DNA of 64,000 nucleotides from Candidatus Woesearchaeota archaeon (GCA_038895475.1 JAWANI010000002.1:30871-94870), one strand, 5' to 3'; numbered from the stretch's first letter, positions 1 through 9,802 are shown. Notes: generated by a model from the sequence alone, not told the origin. Numbers and translations are program-made.

Positions 1-772
1 TATCTTTTAATATCTTTTTATAAATGCTGTAAAAATGTTTTGCTCTTCCGCTGATGTCTGCATTTATCTTATTTTCAGAAAGTTTGTCTTTAACAACCTG
101 CATTATTCTGCTAACTTCTTTTTCTCTCTCCTCTTTTTTTTTCGCAACTTTTTGTTTTAACTCCTTATATATTTCTGGTTCTAGGAATCTGAATGATAAA
201 TCCTCAAGTTCTGCCTTAATCCTGTTCATTCCTAATTTATGCGCTATCGGTGCATAAATTTCTAAAGTTTCCTTGGAAACTATTTTTTGATATTCTTCCG
301 GAAGATATTTTAATGTTCTCATGTTGTGAAGTCTGTCTGCAAGTTTTATCAATATAACCCGTATATCTTTTGCTGTTGCAAGAATCACCCTTCTTATATT
401 CTCTGCACGAAGGTTTTCATCTTCGGGAAAATTTAATGAATTATTTAGGTTTGTTAGTTTTGTTACAGATGAAATCAACAGCAATAATTCCTTATCGAAA
501 TTTTTTTCTATAGTTTCCGGTTTTACGCCAAACTCTAAAACATCATGCAATAAACCTGCAGCAATGGTATGTGAATCAAGTTTTAATTCAGCAAGTATTT
601 TTGCAACTTCAAAACAATGCGTAAAATAATCTTCTCCTGAATTTCTTTTTATACCTTTATGTGCGCTTTCAGAAAAATATAATGCTTTCTCTATAAGCTT
701 ATAATGAACATGTGGATTATAAGACTTTGCCTTGGATATTAATTCCTCGCATAAAATTTTGGAATCAGTCAT
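1..772 (-). CDS. RelA/SpoT-family (p)ppGpp hydrolase/synthetase, N-terminal portion (gene continues past window start)
   Basis: Absent from the ORF track because no stop lies in the window. My translation of the minus strand from ATG 772-770 gives MTDSKILCEELISKAKSYNPHVHYKLIEKALYFSESAHKG..HCFEVAKILAELKLDSHTIAAGLLHDVLE (HD hydrolase domain), then ILIKLADRLHNMRTL, YAPIAHKLGM and ISGRAKHFYSIYKKI (entry into the synthetase domain). Track ORF 54-257(+) is its antisense shadow. Confidence 0.8.
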   Translation of the reverse strand, partial: MTDSKILCEELISKAKSYNPHVHYKLIEKALYFSESAHKGIKRNSGEDYFTHCFEVAKILAELKLDSHTIAAGLLHDVLEFGVKPETIEKNFDKELLLLISSVTKLTNLNNSLNFPEDENLRAENIRRVILATAKDIRVILIKLADRLHNMRTLKYLPEEYQKIVSKETLEIYAPIAHKLGMNRIKAELEDLSFRFLEPEIYKELKQKVAKKKEEREKEVSRIMQVVKDKLSENKINADISGRAKHFYSIYKKILKD

Positions 773-837
773 ACTTAAATAAACAGAACACAATTTAAAA
801 GTATTTTTATTTTAAGCGGAGTTATTTATTATTATAA

Positions 838-1506
838 TTAAGTATTTATGGGTTTTTGTATTATATCCATTATTTTTTTATTAACCTCCTCAATGCTTCC
901 TGATGCATCAACAATATGCAAAATATTTCTTTCAGAATAAAATTTCTTTAAAGGAACTGTTTCGTTTTTATAAATTGAAAGTCTCCTTAATATTTCTTCA
1001 GGTTTATCATCGTCTCTCTGAACTATAGGAACTTTGCATACATCACAAATACCTTCAACTTTTGGTTTTATCGATATAATATTGTAGTTTTTCCCACACA
1101 CAGGACAAATCCTTCTTGTGGAAATTCTTTTTAAAGATTCCTCCTCAGAAAGATCTAATTCTATTGCAAAATCTACATTAAAGTTATTTAATAAAAATTT
1201 CAATTGTTCAATATTTCTAGGATAACCGTCTAGGATTATGCCTTTTGATGCTTCAGGACTATTTATATACTTAGTTAACAGGCTGTTTGTTATCTCTGCC
1301 GGAACTAAATTTCCTGAATTTATTATTGGCTCTATTTTTTTACCTAATGCAGTTTTTTCTTTAACCTCTTTTCTTAACGCATCCCCCATAGAAAAAGGGA
1401 ATAAACCTGTGTATTTAGCTATTAATTCTGCCTGGGTGCCTTTTCCAGAACCTTGGGGACCAAACAAGACTATAATCATAAAGCTCACCAATTTCGTATT
1501 AATCAA
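838..1506 (-). CDS. adk: adenylate kinase, long bacterial-type with Cys4 zinc lid
   Basis: 222 aa. P-loop GPQGSGKGTQ and lid CPVCGKNYN...CDVCK. Lies downstream of the r-protein cluster, as adk does in other archaea. Confidence 0.9.
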   Translation of the reverse strand: MINTKLVSFMIIVLFGPQGSGKGTQAELIAKYTGLFPFSMGDALRKEVKEKTALGKKIEPIINSGNLVPAEITNSLLTKYINSPEASKGIILDGYPRNIEQLKFLLNNFNVDFAIELDLSEEESLKRISTRRICPVCGKNYNIISIKPKVEGICDVCKVPIVQRDDDKPEEILRRLSIYKNETVPLKKFYSERNILHIVDASGSIEEVNKKIMDIIQKPINT

Positions 1507-1516
1507 AAAGTCGAAA

Positions 1517-1969
1517 TTATCCGAAATATTTTACCCTACCATTACTAATATTTTTTCTCCATGAATCCTGCATTTTTTCTAAAACCCAAAGTATGTCTGG
1601 TTTAATATTTTTAATTTCAGAATGGGTTTTTTTTAAAACAAGAATCATTTCTTTTTCATCATTTTTTACTATTGCTTTTAATATCTCCCTATGCATTATC
1701 ATCAATTCCTTATAAATAGAAAATATCTTGTTTTTTTCTTCATCATTGAAAATAACACACTCATGCAGTGAATGAAATTCTTCAGGATGAAGTATCTGCA
1801 ATAAAATCTTAATATAGTATTCGACTCTTTCCTGTAATTTTTCTAAGACTGTTTTTAAATTCGAAGTATCCTCAGAAACATTATACTCTTTAACAATCTC
1901 TTTAAGAAAAGCAATATTTTCAAGTGTTTTTTTGTCTGTTTTGATTTTTTTTGTTTTCTTATCTTTCAT
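1517..1969 (-). CDS. hypothetical protein (150 aa)
   Basis: Uninterrupted ORF 10 nt upstream of adk on the same strand. K/E-rich, probably helical. No motif recognised. Confidence 0.5.
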   Translation of the reverse strand: MKDKKTKKIKTDKKTLENIAFLKEIVKEYNVSEDTSNLKTVLEKLQERVEYYIKILLQILHPEEFHSLHECVIFNDEEKNKIFSIYKELMIMHREILKAIVKNDEKEMILVLKKTHSEIKNIKPDILWVLEKMQDSWRKNISNGRVKYFG

Positions 1970-2007
1970 GAAAGCAAATAATAAAGGGGTATTTTTAAAT
2001 TTTTACA

Positions 2008-3492
2008 TTATTTATACTCTTTTCTCTTAGAAATATATTTTTCTAATATATATTTTTTTAAAATATTGTCTTTTTTGAATTCATATCCATCTATTAATGC
2101 ATTATTCCTTATAAGCAGTTCTGAAGCCTCTTCTATTATTTCAGGCAAAGGTTCAAATAATTCATTAATTGTTTTTCTGCCGGATTTTAAGTCAATATCT
2201 CTCCAAATGATATCATATTTATTTCTCGGTTTTGAGAAATTTAATAGTTTCATTGGATGTAAATTAGTACCTGTTTTTAAGTCGTCTTGCGTTATTGTTT
2301 TGTAGAGTGCGACAGGATAAAACAAATCATTACAAATAAGTCTTACGCTTGTCTGTCTCTCTGAATTTTTTGTATTTTTAAAACCTACTGCAATAAAATT
2401 TTCAGTACCTATTTTTTCAAGAGTATATCCGAAGAAAACCCTGCCTTTTCTATACATGTGGTTTTCAAAAGCCTGTAATATTGCCCATGAAATGTCGTTT
2501 TTTGGTAAATATTTGCCTGATATAAAAACTTCAAATGTTGCTTTTCCCTTTCTTCTCAGTTTCAAATAATCCTCTCGTATTATTTCTTCAATATTGTTAA
2601 ACAAAAAAATGTCTGTATAAAAATATCTTTTATCTCTTGTTATGTCCTTGTTTCTCCCCCTTATCGAATAATTTATCCTGAGAAATGTTTCTAGAGCAAG
2701 CCCGGGAGATTTTTCAAAATCAAAAGGCAATACTGAATCTTTTTTCTGCTCTAAAATATTTTTATCTATTATTGAATCAGTTTTTTTTAATTCATTGTTT
2801 ATTTTTATTAATGTCTGTGCGACAGCAGAATCAACTATATCAACATGTTCTAAATATGGTTTTAATGCTTCTTTCCCAAAATTTCTTTCTATACTTTCTA
2901 GATGTTCTTTTTCTCTTTTTACACCTTTGCTCCAATAAGATAATTCGTCAGACCTATAAAAACTATGAAGTGTTCCTCCTTTGAAACTAAAATAACTTAT
3001 TTCATTTTCAAAATCATTCAAAAACACATTAAATAAAGAAACATTATAATAAGAACTTCTTGCAGTTCTTTTTCTCCTGGTGTCTACTTTTGCAAAAACA
3101 TTTTCTCTTATGGATATGTTTTCTGTTTTCCCATTATTGTCTGTAAATATTGCACCAGTATTTCTTATTATTTTTGATGTACCATAAGATTTTCTTGCTA
3201 TCCCTTCTAAGGTTTCTATATTGAAATCTTTATGTTGTTCATCGTGGTTTTTTAAAATCTCTGCAAAAAGAGGTGTTTTTTCAGATAAATAATTATTTAA
3301 ACGTATCCTGTTCTTTTCATAATTTAATATTTCTTCTAATTTTTTCTTGTTCTGAACTGCAATCCATGCTATTGCAAACTGGGATGGACTATAATAATAG
3401 TTTCTTATTCTCAAGGCAAGATGTAAACCATGCAGACCCCTGTTCATGTAACCTGGAAAGAGTAACAAATTTATAAATTTTCTATTTTTCAT
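2008..3492 (-). CDS. hypothetical protein (494 aa), orphan
   Basis: Long uninterrupted ORF. Hydrophilic, with no TM segments and no P-loop, nuclease or metal motif recognised. First gene of a co-directional run: 494 aa, 150 aa, adk, RelA/SpoT. Confidence 0.6.
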   Translation of the reverse strand: MKNRKFINLLLFPGYMNRGLHGLHLALRIRNYYYSPSQFAIAWIAVQNKKKLEEILNYEKNRIRLNNYLSEKTPLFAEILKNHDEQHKDFNIETLEGIARKSYGTSKIIRNTGAIFTDNNGKTENISIRENVFAKVDTRRKRTARSSYYNVSLFNVFLNDFENEISYFSFKGGTLHSFYRSDELSYWSKGVKREKEHLESIERNFGKEALKPYLEHVDIVDSAVAQTLIKINNELKKTDSIIDKNILEQKKDSVLPFDFEKSPGLALETFLRINYSIRGRNKDITRDKRYFYTDIFLFNNIEEIIREDYLKLRRKGKATFEVFISGKYLPKNDISWAILQAFENHMYRKGRVFFGYTLEKIGTENFIAVGFKNTKNSERQTSVRLICNDLFYPVALYKTITQDDLKTGTNLHPMKLLNFSKPRNKYDIIWRDIDLKSGRKTINELFEPLPEIIEEASELLIRNNALIDGYEFKKDNILKKYILEKYISKRKEYK

Positions 3493-3614
3493 TCCGAAAA
3501 AACAGCGACAAACAACAAATCCGCTTTAAAAAAAACAAATTTTTAAAAAGACAGATAAATTAATAAATATTTAAAAAAAATAAAATCAAATTAAACATCA
3601 AAAACCAATAAAAG

Positions 3615-4772
3615 ATGAGAACGATAAAAGATGTGGATTTTGACAACAAAAGAGTCATTGTTAGGGTAGACTATAATGTGCCATTAGATAAAGAGGGAAA
3701 CATATTATCAGATACACGAATAAAAGAATCATTGCCTACAATAAAATATATTCTTGAACATAATGCCAAACAGATATTGCTGATGAGCCATCTTGGAAAA
3801 CCAGATGGAAAAATCGTTGAAAAACTTAAGATGGATAAAATTGCTGAAAGAACAGAGAAACTTCTTGACATGCCGGTATTAAAAGTAGATGATTGCATAG
3901 ACATAAAGGTTCCTGACGCGAAAATAATAATGCTGGAAAATTTAAGATTCCATGAAGAAGAAGAAAATAATGATTCTGATTTTGCAAAAAAACTCTCAAA
4001 ACTTGCAGATATTTATGTAAATGATGCATTTGGAACAATGCACAGGGCTCATGCATCCACAGTAGGAATAACAAAATTCTTGCCTGGCTGCATAGGATTT
4101 TTAGTTGAAAAAGAACTAAAATATTTAACATTAAAGGATCCTGAAAGGCCTTTCATTGCAATACTTGGCGGTGCAAAAATATCTACAAAAATTCCTGTAA
4201 TAAAGGAGCTTATTAAAAAGGTTGATTATTTACTGCTAGGAGGGGCAATGATATTTACAATGTATAAAGCAAAAGGTCTAGAAATAGGAAAATCTTTATA
4301 TGAAGAAGAATACGTAACAGAAGCAAAACTATTGTTAAACAATGAAAAAATAATTCTTCCTGATGACATAGTCTGTGCATATGATAAAACAGAAGATTCT
4401 GAAATAAAAATAGTTCATGAAGACCAAATACCTGAAGACATGATAGGACTAGATATAGGTCCTGACTCTATAGAATTATTTAAATTATACATTAAAAAGG
4501 CAAAAACAATATTCTGGAATGGCCCATTAGGTTATTTCGAAATAGAAAAATTTGGAGAATCAACAAGAAAAATTGCAGAATACCTCGCAGAATCGGAAAA
4601 AACAGTAATAATAGGTGGTGGTGATACGGAAGATGCAATAAAACCTTGGAAAGAAAAATATACTCATGTATCAACTGGCGGCGGAGCAAGTCTTGAATAT
4701 GTTTCCGGAAAAGAATTACCTGCAATAAAGGCATTAAAAGAAAACGAAATAGAATTTCATAATGTTATATAA
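3615..4772 (+). CDS. pgk: phosphoglycerate kinase
   Basis: 385 aa. Motifs RVDYNVPL, GGGDTEDAI and STGGGASLEY. Confidence 0.92.
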   Translation: MRTIKDVDFDNKRVIVRVDYNVPLDKEGNILSDTRIKESLPTIKYILEHNAKQILLMSHLGKPDGKIVEKLKMDKIAERTEKLLDMPVLKVDDCIDIKVPDAKIIMLENLRFHEEEENNDSDFAKKLSKLADIYVNDAFGTMHRAHASTVGITKFLPGCIGFLVEKELKYLTLKDPERPFIAILGGAKISTKIPVIKELIKKVDYLLLGGAMIFTMYKAKGLEIGKSLYEEEYVTEAKLLLNNEKIILPDDIVCAYDKTEDSEIKIVHEDQIPEDMIGLDIGPDSIELFKLYIKKAKTIFWNGPLGYFEIEKFGESTRKIAEYLAESEKTVIIGGGDTEDAIKPWKEKYTHVSTGGGASLEYVSGKELPAIKALKENEIEFHNVI

Positions 4773-4776
4773 TGCC

Positions 4777-4971
4777 CTAAACATCGATTCCTAGTTGTGT
4801 AATATAATAATTTCCTGTTGTTATATTAAGCCTTTTCTTGTGAGCTTCAATAGTAAATTCTCTTGATTCCCTATCAGCTAAATCTAAAGTTTTACTTATC
4901 CAGCCATCTACTGCAGGGATATAGATATTTACTATTCCAAATTTTTTCATATACGGAACAAGTTTTGTCAA
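4777..4971 (-). CDS. small hypothetical protein, possibly spurious
   Basis: 64 aa with a TTG start in the track (first ATG is 7 codons in). No motif recognised. Confidence 0.25.
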   Translation of the reverse strand: MTKLVPYMKKFGIVNIYIPAVDGWISKTLDLADRESREFTIEAHKKRLNITTGNYYITQLGIDV

Positions 4972-5180
4972 ATATATTTGGATTTAAAAAATAACTTTAC
5001 AGAATCAGAAAAATATCCTGCCATATATAAACTCTTATATCCTTTTGATTACATAGCAAGAAGCATACAATCAATATAATATATATCTGAAAAAATATCC
5101 AAACTAGCCATACCGAGAAGAAGAATTATAAAATTATGAAGTTTATTAAAATAATAACAGAAATAGTTCAAACCCCATAT

Positions 5181-5666
5181 TCATAATTTTTTCTTTTTTA
5201 CTTCCTTTCTTAAATAATATCCCTTATCTAATAAATTTTTTACAATCAAATCTTTTCCTTGCTGCTGAAATACACCATATCCTAAATTTTCATCATTTTT
5301 ATTTTGCACAAAAACATATCCTTTATCCAGATTATTGTTTACTATTATTGATTCCATTAAAATATTTTTCCCGTACAAAAATAATCTTTCTCCTTGTTCA
5401 TTAACAAATATCTTTTTCTTTTCAGAACCTTGCATTTTGGACAATATGTCTATAAATGCAGGACTTGGACGAAATATTTTTCCTTCCTTTGAACCTAAAA
5501 ACAATCCTAAACCAAAAACATCTCTTTTTATCCTCATACTTATTTCACTTAAATATTCTTCTGCATAATAATAATTTTTGCCTATAGAAATAATTTTCAG
5601 ATTATTTAAATCAATACCTATATCGAACTGTGAAATAAATTTTTTAAGAATTAAATCATCGTTCAT
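5181..5666 (-). CDS. NIP7-like PUA-domain protein (UPF0113 family, ribosome biogenesis)
   Basis: 161 aa. The pattern VFGLGLFLGSKEGK..IFVNEQGERLFLYGKNI..YVFVQNKNDENLGYGV..VKNLLDKGYYLRKE matches the archaeal Nip7 N-domain plus C-terminal PUA layout as I remember it. Confidence 0.6.
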   Translation of the reverse strand: MNDDLILKKFISQFDIGIDLNNLKIISIGKNYYYAEEYLSEISMRIKRDVFGLGLFLGSKEGKIFRPSPAFIDILSKMQGSEKKKIFVNEQGERLFLYGKNILMESIIVNNNLDKGYVFVQNKNDENLGYGVFQQQGKDLIVKNLLDKGYYLRKEVKKKKL

Positions 5667-5775
5667 ATTTAATGAATCATTTATATGTTACCTTTGTTTT
5701 TGTATTATTTTTATGTATTAAAAATTTTTATAATTTTTTCAGGAATCTTTTTTAGTATAACTTGGTCTTTTAATT

Positions 5776-7767
5776 TTACCTTATTTTTTTAAAATATTTC
5801 TCAACTACTTCAATTGCTTCTGTTCTCTTCTTGCATTTGCTTATTAAAGTTGCCAATTCTTTATTTCCTATCAATAAAAGCCATGACTCAAACTCGTTTT
5901 TTGAATCATCAACATATTCTGAGAACGTAGTATCAGACATATTTTTTAATTCTTTAAGCAACTCTTTCTCGTTTCTTATTAATATTCCTGTTTTAAGCTT
6001 AAAATATTTATCTATTATTTCCTCATCTTTCTTTTTAACTAATTGCTTTGTTATTGGTTTCTTGCTTATATATTGTATTTTTGACATTTTTTGTATTATT
6101 ATTGCCAGCACAAAGAAAGAAACAACAAATATTCCTAAAATAATAAAATCTTCCCTTAAAGAAGCCCATCCTGCATTGAATAAAGTTATTTTTTTAAGCA
6201 GTTCAGAGGCAACAACATAAGGATTATATTTTGCTATCTGTTGTATTGTTTCTGACATAGTCTCTAATGGTAAAACGAGATTTGATAAAAACAAGAACAC
6301 GCTACCGACTGATATTCCTGCCATTGTAACCGCTTCCTGACTATTAAACAAATAACCTATTATCATTCCTAAAAAAGTAAAGGACATTATTGCTGCCAAC
6401 AACAACAATAATGTGAACCATATGTTTTCAATGATTGAAGCATTAAGGAAATAATATGCAAGAACTAAAACAAGTATTAGTTGCACTGTAACAACAATAA
6501 ATGTAGTTAAAAACACAGAAATTATAAAAGTAAAGTCCCTGGTTGGCGTTATAAAATTTCTGAAATATGCTTTTGAAGTTTTTTCAATAATAATTATTGT
6601 GCTTGAGAGCATTATGCTTATAAACAAAATCATCAAAATTACTAAGTAAGGAAATATGAAATTTAAATTGTTTGACTTGGGAGTTATTGTTTCAACTCTT
6701 GTTGTTACGGGATTTACAATTCTTTCTGCAGATGTTACTTTAATTGCATTTATTTGAGAATTGACTTTTTCCAAAGAGGATTTTACAGAATCCAATTCCT
6801 GTTTTAAGGCTGCAACATTCTGTTTAATTGATTCCATATCTTCAGCACTTCCTGTTGTTGCAGTTTTTGCATCCGACAGTTTTTGATTTAAAATATTAAT
6901 TCTTTCTTCCAAAGATTCTAAATTCACGTTAAGATCATTAATGTGTTTTTTTGTAATATTATATGTAGAATTTAAAGATGTAGAATAAGACCCCAGCTGA
7001 CTTTCAAAAGAATTGACCAAGCTAGAACAGTTTCCTGAACAGTCACCAGATGAATCTAACTGTTCTACTAAAGTATATCCTTCTGTAATAACGCCCTTGC
7101 CTTTATCCCTAAGTGAATCAACATCCCTGCTTATTGTCGAAAGCCCATCAATAAATTCTGTGGTGTCTATGTCTTCTTTCGTTAAATCTATATTGTTTAA
7201 TTTTGATTTTATTTCTGAAATTTTACTGTCCAATTCCGATAATTTTGATTTTAAAGAAACTATTTTTGTAATGGCTTCATTGTTTGTTCTTTGAGAAAAT
7301 ATAATTACAGAAATAATCTCATTTGTTAACTGTGTGCTCAATTTACTTGAAGTTAAGGATATTTTTTCATTAACAGTGTCAAGAACAGCATATACAAAAT
7401 TTGCCCTGGATTTATCAACATAAAATATTACTTCATTTGTATTGTTATTTGTTATTTCAAAATCCTCTGGAAACAATATACATATATGAAGTTTGCCTTG
7501 CTGTATTAAATTTACACAGGATTCCTCTGATTGATACTCATTTACTATAAATCCTTGGTTTCCAGATAATGCTTCCACAAACGAAGTTGTTAGATTGGTT
7601 TTTTCCTTTGCATAATATCCTATGTTTAACTTGGATGAAGGCGGATTGCTAAATGCAATACCTACTAAAAGCATAATTATTAAAGGGCCAAATATAGTAA
7701 TAAATATGCTTGTTCTTGATCTGAGCAATAATTTTATGTTTTTAGCAGTTATTCGCCATACCTTCAT
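5776..7767 (-). CDS. ABC-2 type transporter permease with large extracytoplasmic coiled-coil domain (YhgE/Pip-like architecture) and cytoplasmic C-terminal tail
   Basis: 663 aa. TM1 is near residues 20-40. A hydrophilic S/T/N/E/K-rich heptad-like insert of about 330 aa follows, then about 5 TM helices (residues about 370-555) and a soluble tail of about 110 aa. Adjacent to an ABC ATPase with a 15-nt gap. Confidence 0.7.
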   Translation of the reverse strand: MKVWRITAKNIKLLLRSRTSIFITIFGPLIIMLLVGIAFSNPPSSKLNIGYYAKEKTNLTTSFVEALSGNQGFIVNEYQSEESCVNLIQQGKLHICILFPEDFEITNNNTNEVIFYVDKSRANFVYAVLDTVNEKISLTSSKLSTQLTNEIISVIIFSQRTNNEAITKIVSLKSKLSELDSKISEIKSKLNNIDLTKEDIDTTEFIDGLSTISRDVDSLRDKGKGVITEGYTLVEQLDSSGDCSGNCSSLVNSFESQLGSYSTSLNSTYNITKKHINDLNVNLESLEERINILNQKLSDAKTATTGSAEDMESIKQNVAALKQELDSVKSSLEKVNSQINAIKVTSAERIVNPVTTRVETITPKSNNLNFIFPYLVILMILFISIMLSSTIIIIEKTSKAYFRNFITPTRDFTFIISVFLTTFIVVTVQLILVLVLAYYFLNASIIENIWFTLLLLLAAIMSFTFLGMIIGYLFNSQEAVTMAGISVGSVFLFLSNLVLPLETMSETIQQIAKYNPYVVASELLKKITLFNAGWASLREDFIILGIFVVSFFVLAIIIQKMSKIQYISKKPITKQLVKKKDEEIIDKYFKLKTGILIRNEKELLKELKNMSDTTFSEYVDDSKNEFESWLLLIGNKELATLISKCKKRTEAIEVVEKYFKKIR

Positions 7768-7782
7768 AACACACCTTGATGC

Positions 7783-8826
7783 TTATTTTTTCAATGAATG
7801 TTTTTTAACAAGCTGTTCTTTTTGTTCTTCTAATTCTTCCTGCTTGTCTTTTTCAGATTCAGTTATCATTATAAATATTTCATCCAAAGTCGGTTTTGTA
7901 ACTTTTAAATCTATTATTGTTTCTTTGTGCTGTTCCAATTTTTTTATTAATTCTCCGAGTATTAATTCCGGTTTAGATGTGTAAATAATCAGCTTTGTGC
8001 CTTTATCCTCTATTTTTGCTATTTCTTTAATTATTTCTTTATCTTTAAAATCAGTTATCTGATTATAATTACCGGGGAATGTTTCCAGATGAATTTCTTC
8101 ATGTTTGCTGAACCTGTCTTTTATTTCATTAGGGGTTCCTATGGCAAGCAATGATCCATCTTTTATTATAGCTATTCTATTGCATAATCCTTCGAGTTCA
8201 GACAAGTGATGGCTTGAAAGAATTATTGTTGTTCCGCGCTTATTTATTTTTCTGACCAATCTCCATATGTGTGCCCTTAGCAAGGGGTCTAAATCTGCTG
8301 TAGGTTCATCTAATATTAATATTTTAGGGTCATGTATTAATGCACAAGCCATATCTAATCTTCTCTGCATACCACCAGAAAGATTTTTTGCAAGCGTATT
8401 ATCAAAACCATGCAAATCCATTAAATTAATCAATGTTGTGGTGTTTGATTTTATAGAATCATGATTTAAATTATATAATGTTCCGAAATAATAAAGGTTT
8501 TCCTTGACTGTTAAATTATTATAAAAACTTGGAACTTGGCTTGCCATTCCCACAATTTTTTTCAAATCATCAGTATATTTAAAAACACTCCTAAAACTGT
8601 GTGCATCTTTATGATCTAGTAAATGTTCATTTCTAAAAAGAACATCTCCTGTTTCAGGTTTTAAGAATCCTATGATTATATTTAATAAAGTTGTTTTTCC
8701 ACTACCGGAAGCACCGATTATTCCAAATATTTCACCGGAATTTATATCTAAATCAATATTATCTAAAACTATTCTTCTATTAAAAACTTTTGAAACATTG
8801 TTTACTTTTATAATCGGAACAGACAT
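7783..8826 (-). CDS. ABC transporter ATP-binding protein
   Basis: 347 aa. Walker A GASGSGKTT, signature LSGGMQRRL, Walker B ILILDEPTADLD, H-loop SSHHLSE. The C-terminal extension is typical of ABC-2 ATPases. Confidence 0.9.
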   Translation of the reverse strand: MSVPIIKVNNVSKVFNRRIVLDNIDLDINSGEIFGIIGASGSGKTTLLNIIIGFLKPETGDVLFRNEHLLDHKDAHSFRSVFKYTDDLKKIVGMASQVPSFYNNLTVKENLYYFGTLYNLNHDSIKSNTTTLINLMDLHGFDNTLAKNLSGGMQRRLDMACALIHDPKILILDEPTADLDPLLRAHIWRLVRKINKRGTTIILSSHHLSELEGLCNRIAIIKDGSLLAIGTPNEIKDRFSKHEEIHLETFPGNYNQITDFKDKEIIKEIAKIEDKGTKLIIYTSKPELILGELIKKLEQHKETIIDLKVTKPTLDEIFIMITESEKDKQEELEEQKEQLVKKHSLKK

Positions 8827-8934
8827 TAACTCAGCCTCATAATTTTAAAATGACATATTTAATCGAATTTTTATTAAAACAATAATTAAATTAATATTAA
8901 AAATTCTTAAAAGAAGTATATAAATATATCGTTT

Positions 8935-9414
8935 TTAATCTTTATTATCTTTTAAATTGTCTTTTAATGTTGTTTCAACATTTCCGCCTCTTGATTTTAT
9001 TTTCTCAACTGCAGAAGCAGTGGCAGAAACACATTTTATAATATATTTTCTTGTTGGATTGCCGCTTCCTAATAATTTATCAACTTTAAGATCTTTAAGG
9101 TTTATTAAAAAAGAGTCTCCTTCCTTTTTAATCTTTCCTTGATTAAACAAAGTATCAAAGTGTTCCTCAATATAAAATATGTTTATTGTCTTATAAGATT
9201 TATTTCTTGAAATAAAGCCATGTCTTCCAAAATATTTTTTATCTTTCCATATGCTTGGTTTTTTTTGGTCCGCTTTCTTACCTGTTCCGGCCATACCGAC
9301 ACCACCCTGATGACCTGAACCCCTGTGTTTCTTTTTTGAACCATAACCATGAGTGTGGTGTCCCCTGAATTTTACTGATTTTTTTCTCCTATTAAGCATT
9401 TTACACCTATTCAC
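8935..9414 (-). CDS. rpl15: 50S ribosomal protein uL15
   Basis: RRKKSVKFRGHHTHGYGSKKKHRGSGHQGGVGMAGTGKK. Last gene of the conserved cluster. The real start is probably the internal MLNRRKK. Confidence 0.9.
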   Translation of the reverse strand: MNRCKMLNRRKKSVKFRGHHTHGYGSKKKHRGSGHQGGVGMAGTGKKADQKKPSIWKDKKYFGRHGFISRNKSYKTINIFYIEEHFDTLFNQGKIKKEGDSFLINLKDLKVDKLLGSGNPTRKYIIKCVSATASAVEKIKSRGGNVETTLKDNLKDNKD

Positions 9415-9433
9415 TTATAAATTCATTAAAATC

Positions 9434-9802
9434 CTATAACATTTTTTTTATTAAATCATTGATTTTTTCTCCCCTATAACCTAGTGCACCTTTATTATTA
9501 AAAGATGCTTTTATGCCTCTCCTTCCAAAACCGCCTCTTGGAGAATTTAAGTGAAAATAATTTTCTACAGCATTATCTTTTTTTATGCCTCTCTTTTCAA
9601 TTAATAATTTATATGTTTCATCATTTAACTCGCCATATGTAACATAATCTTTACATTTTTCCGCCATACCCCTTATTGTGGGAGTATCGTCATATACGGA
9701 GCAAACATGTTTTTTATGAAGTTTAAGCATTCTCATAGTTGATTCTATTTTTGAGTTAACATCATCTGTTCCTCTTATTCTGATTATTGCTAATTTTGCC
9801 AT
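9434..9802 (-). CDS. rpl30: 50S ribosomal protein uL30
   Basis: 122 aa. LAIIRIRGTDDVNSKIESTMRMLKL. Sits between S5 and L15. Confidence 0.88.
   Translation of the reverse strand: MAKLAIIRIRGTDDVNSKIESTMRMLKLHKKHVCSVYDDTPTIRGMAEKCKDYVTYGELNDETYKLLIEKRGIKKDNAVENYFHLNSPRGGFGRRGIKASFNNKGALGYRGEKINDLIKKML

Noticed and set aside
54-257. 67-aa plus-strand ORF at the window start
   Set aside because: Low-complexity S/F/L-rich translation lying antisense to a well-supported RelA/SpoT reading frame. It is a shadow ORF.
2008-3492. Whether the 494-aa ORF upstream of adk is the missing SecY (similar length, expected position)
   Set aside because: The protein is hydrophilic and charged throughout with no TM helices, so it cannot be SecY.
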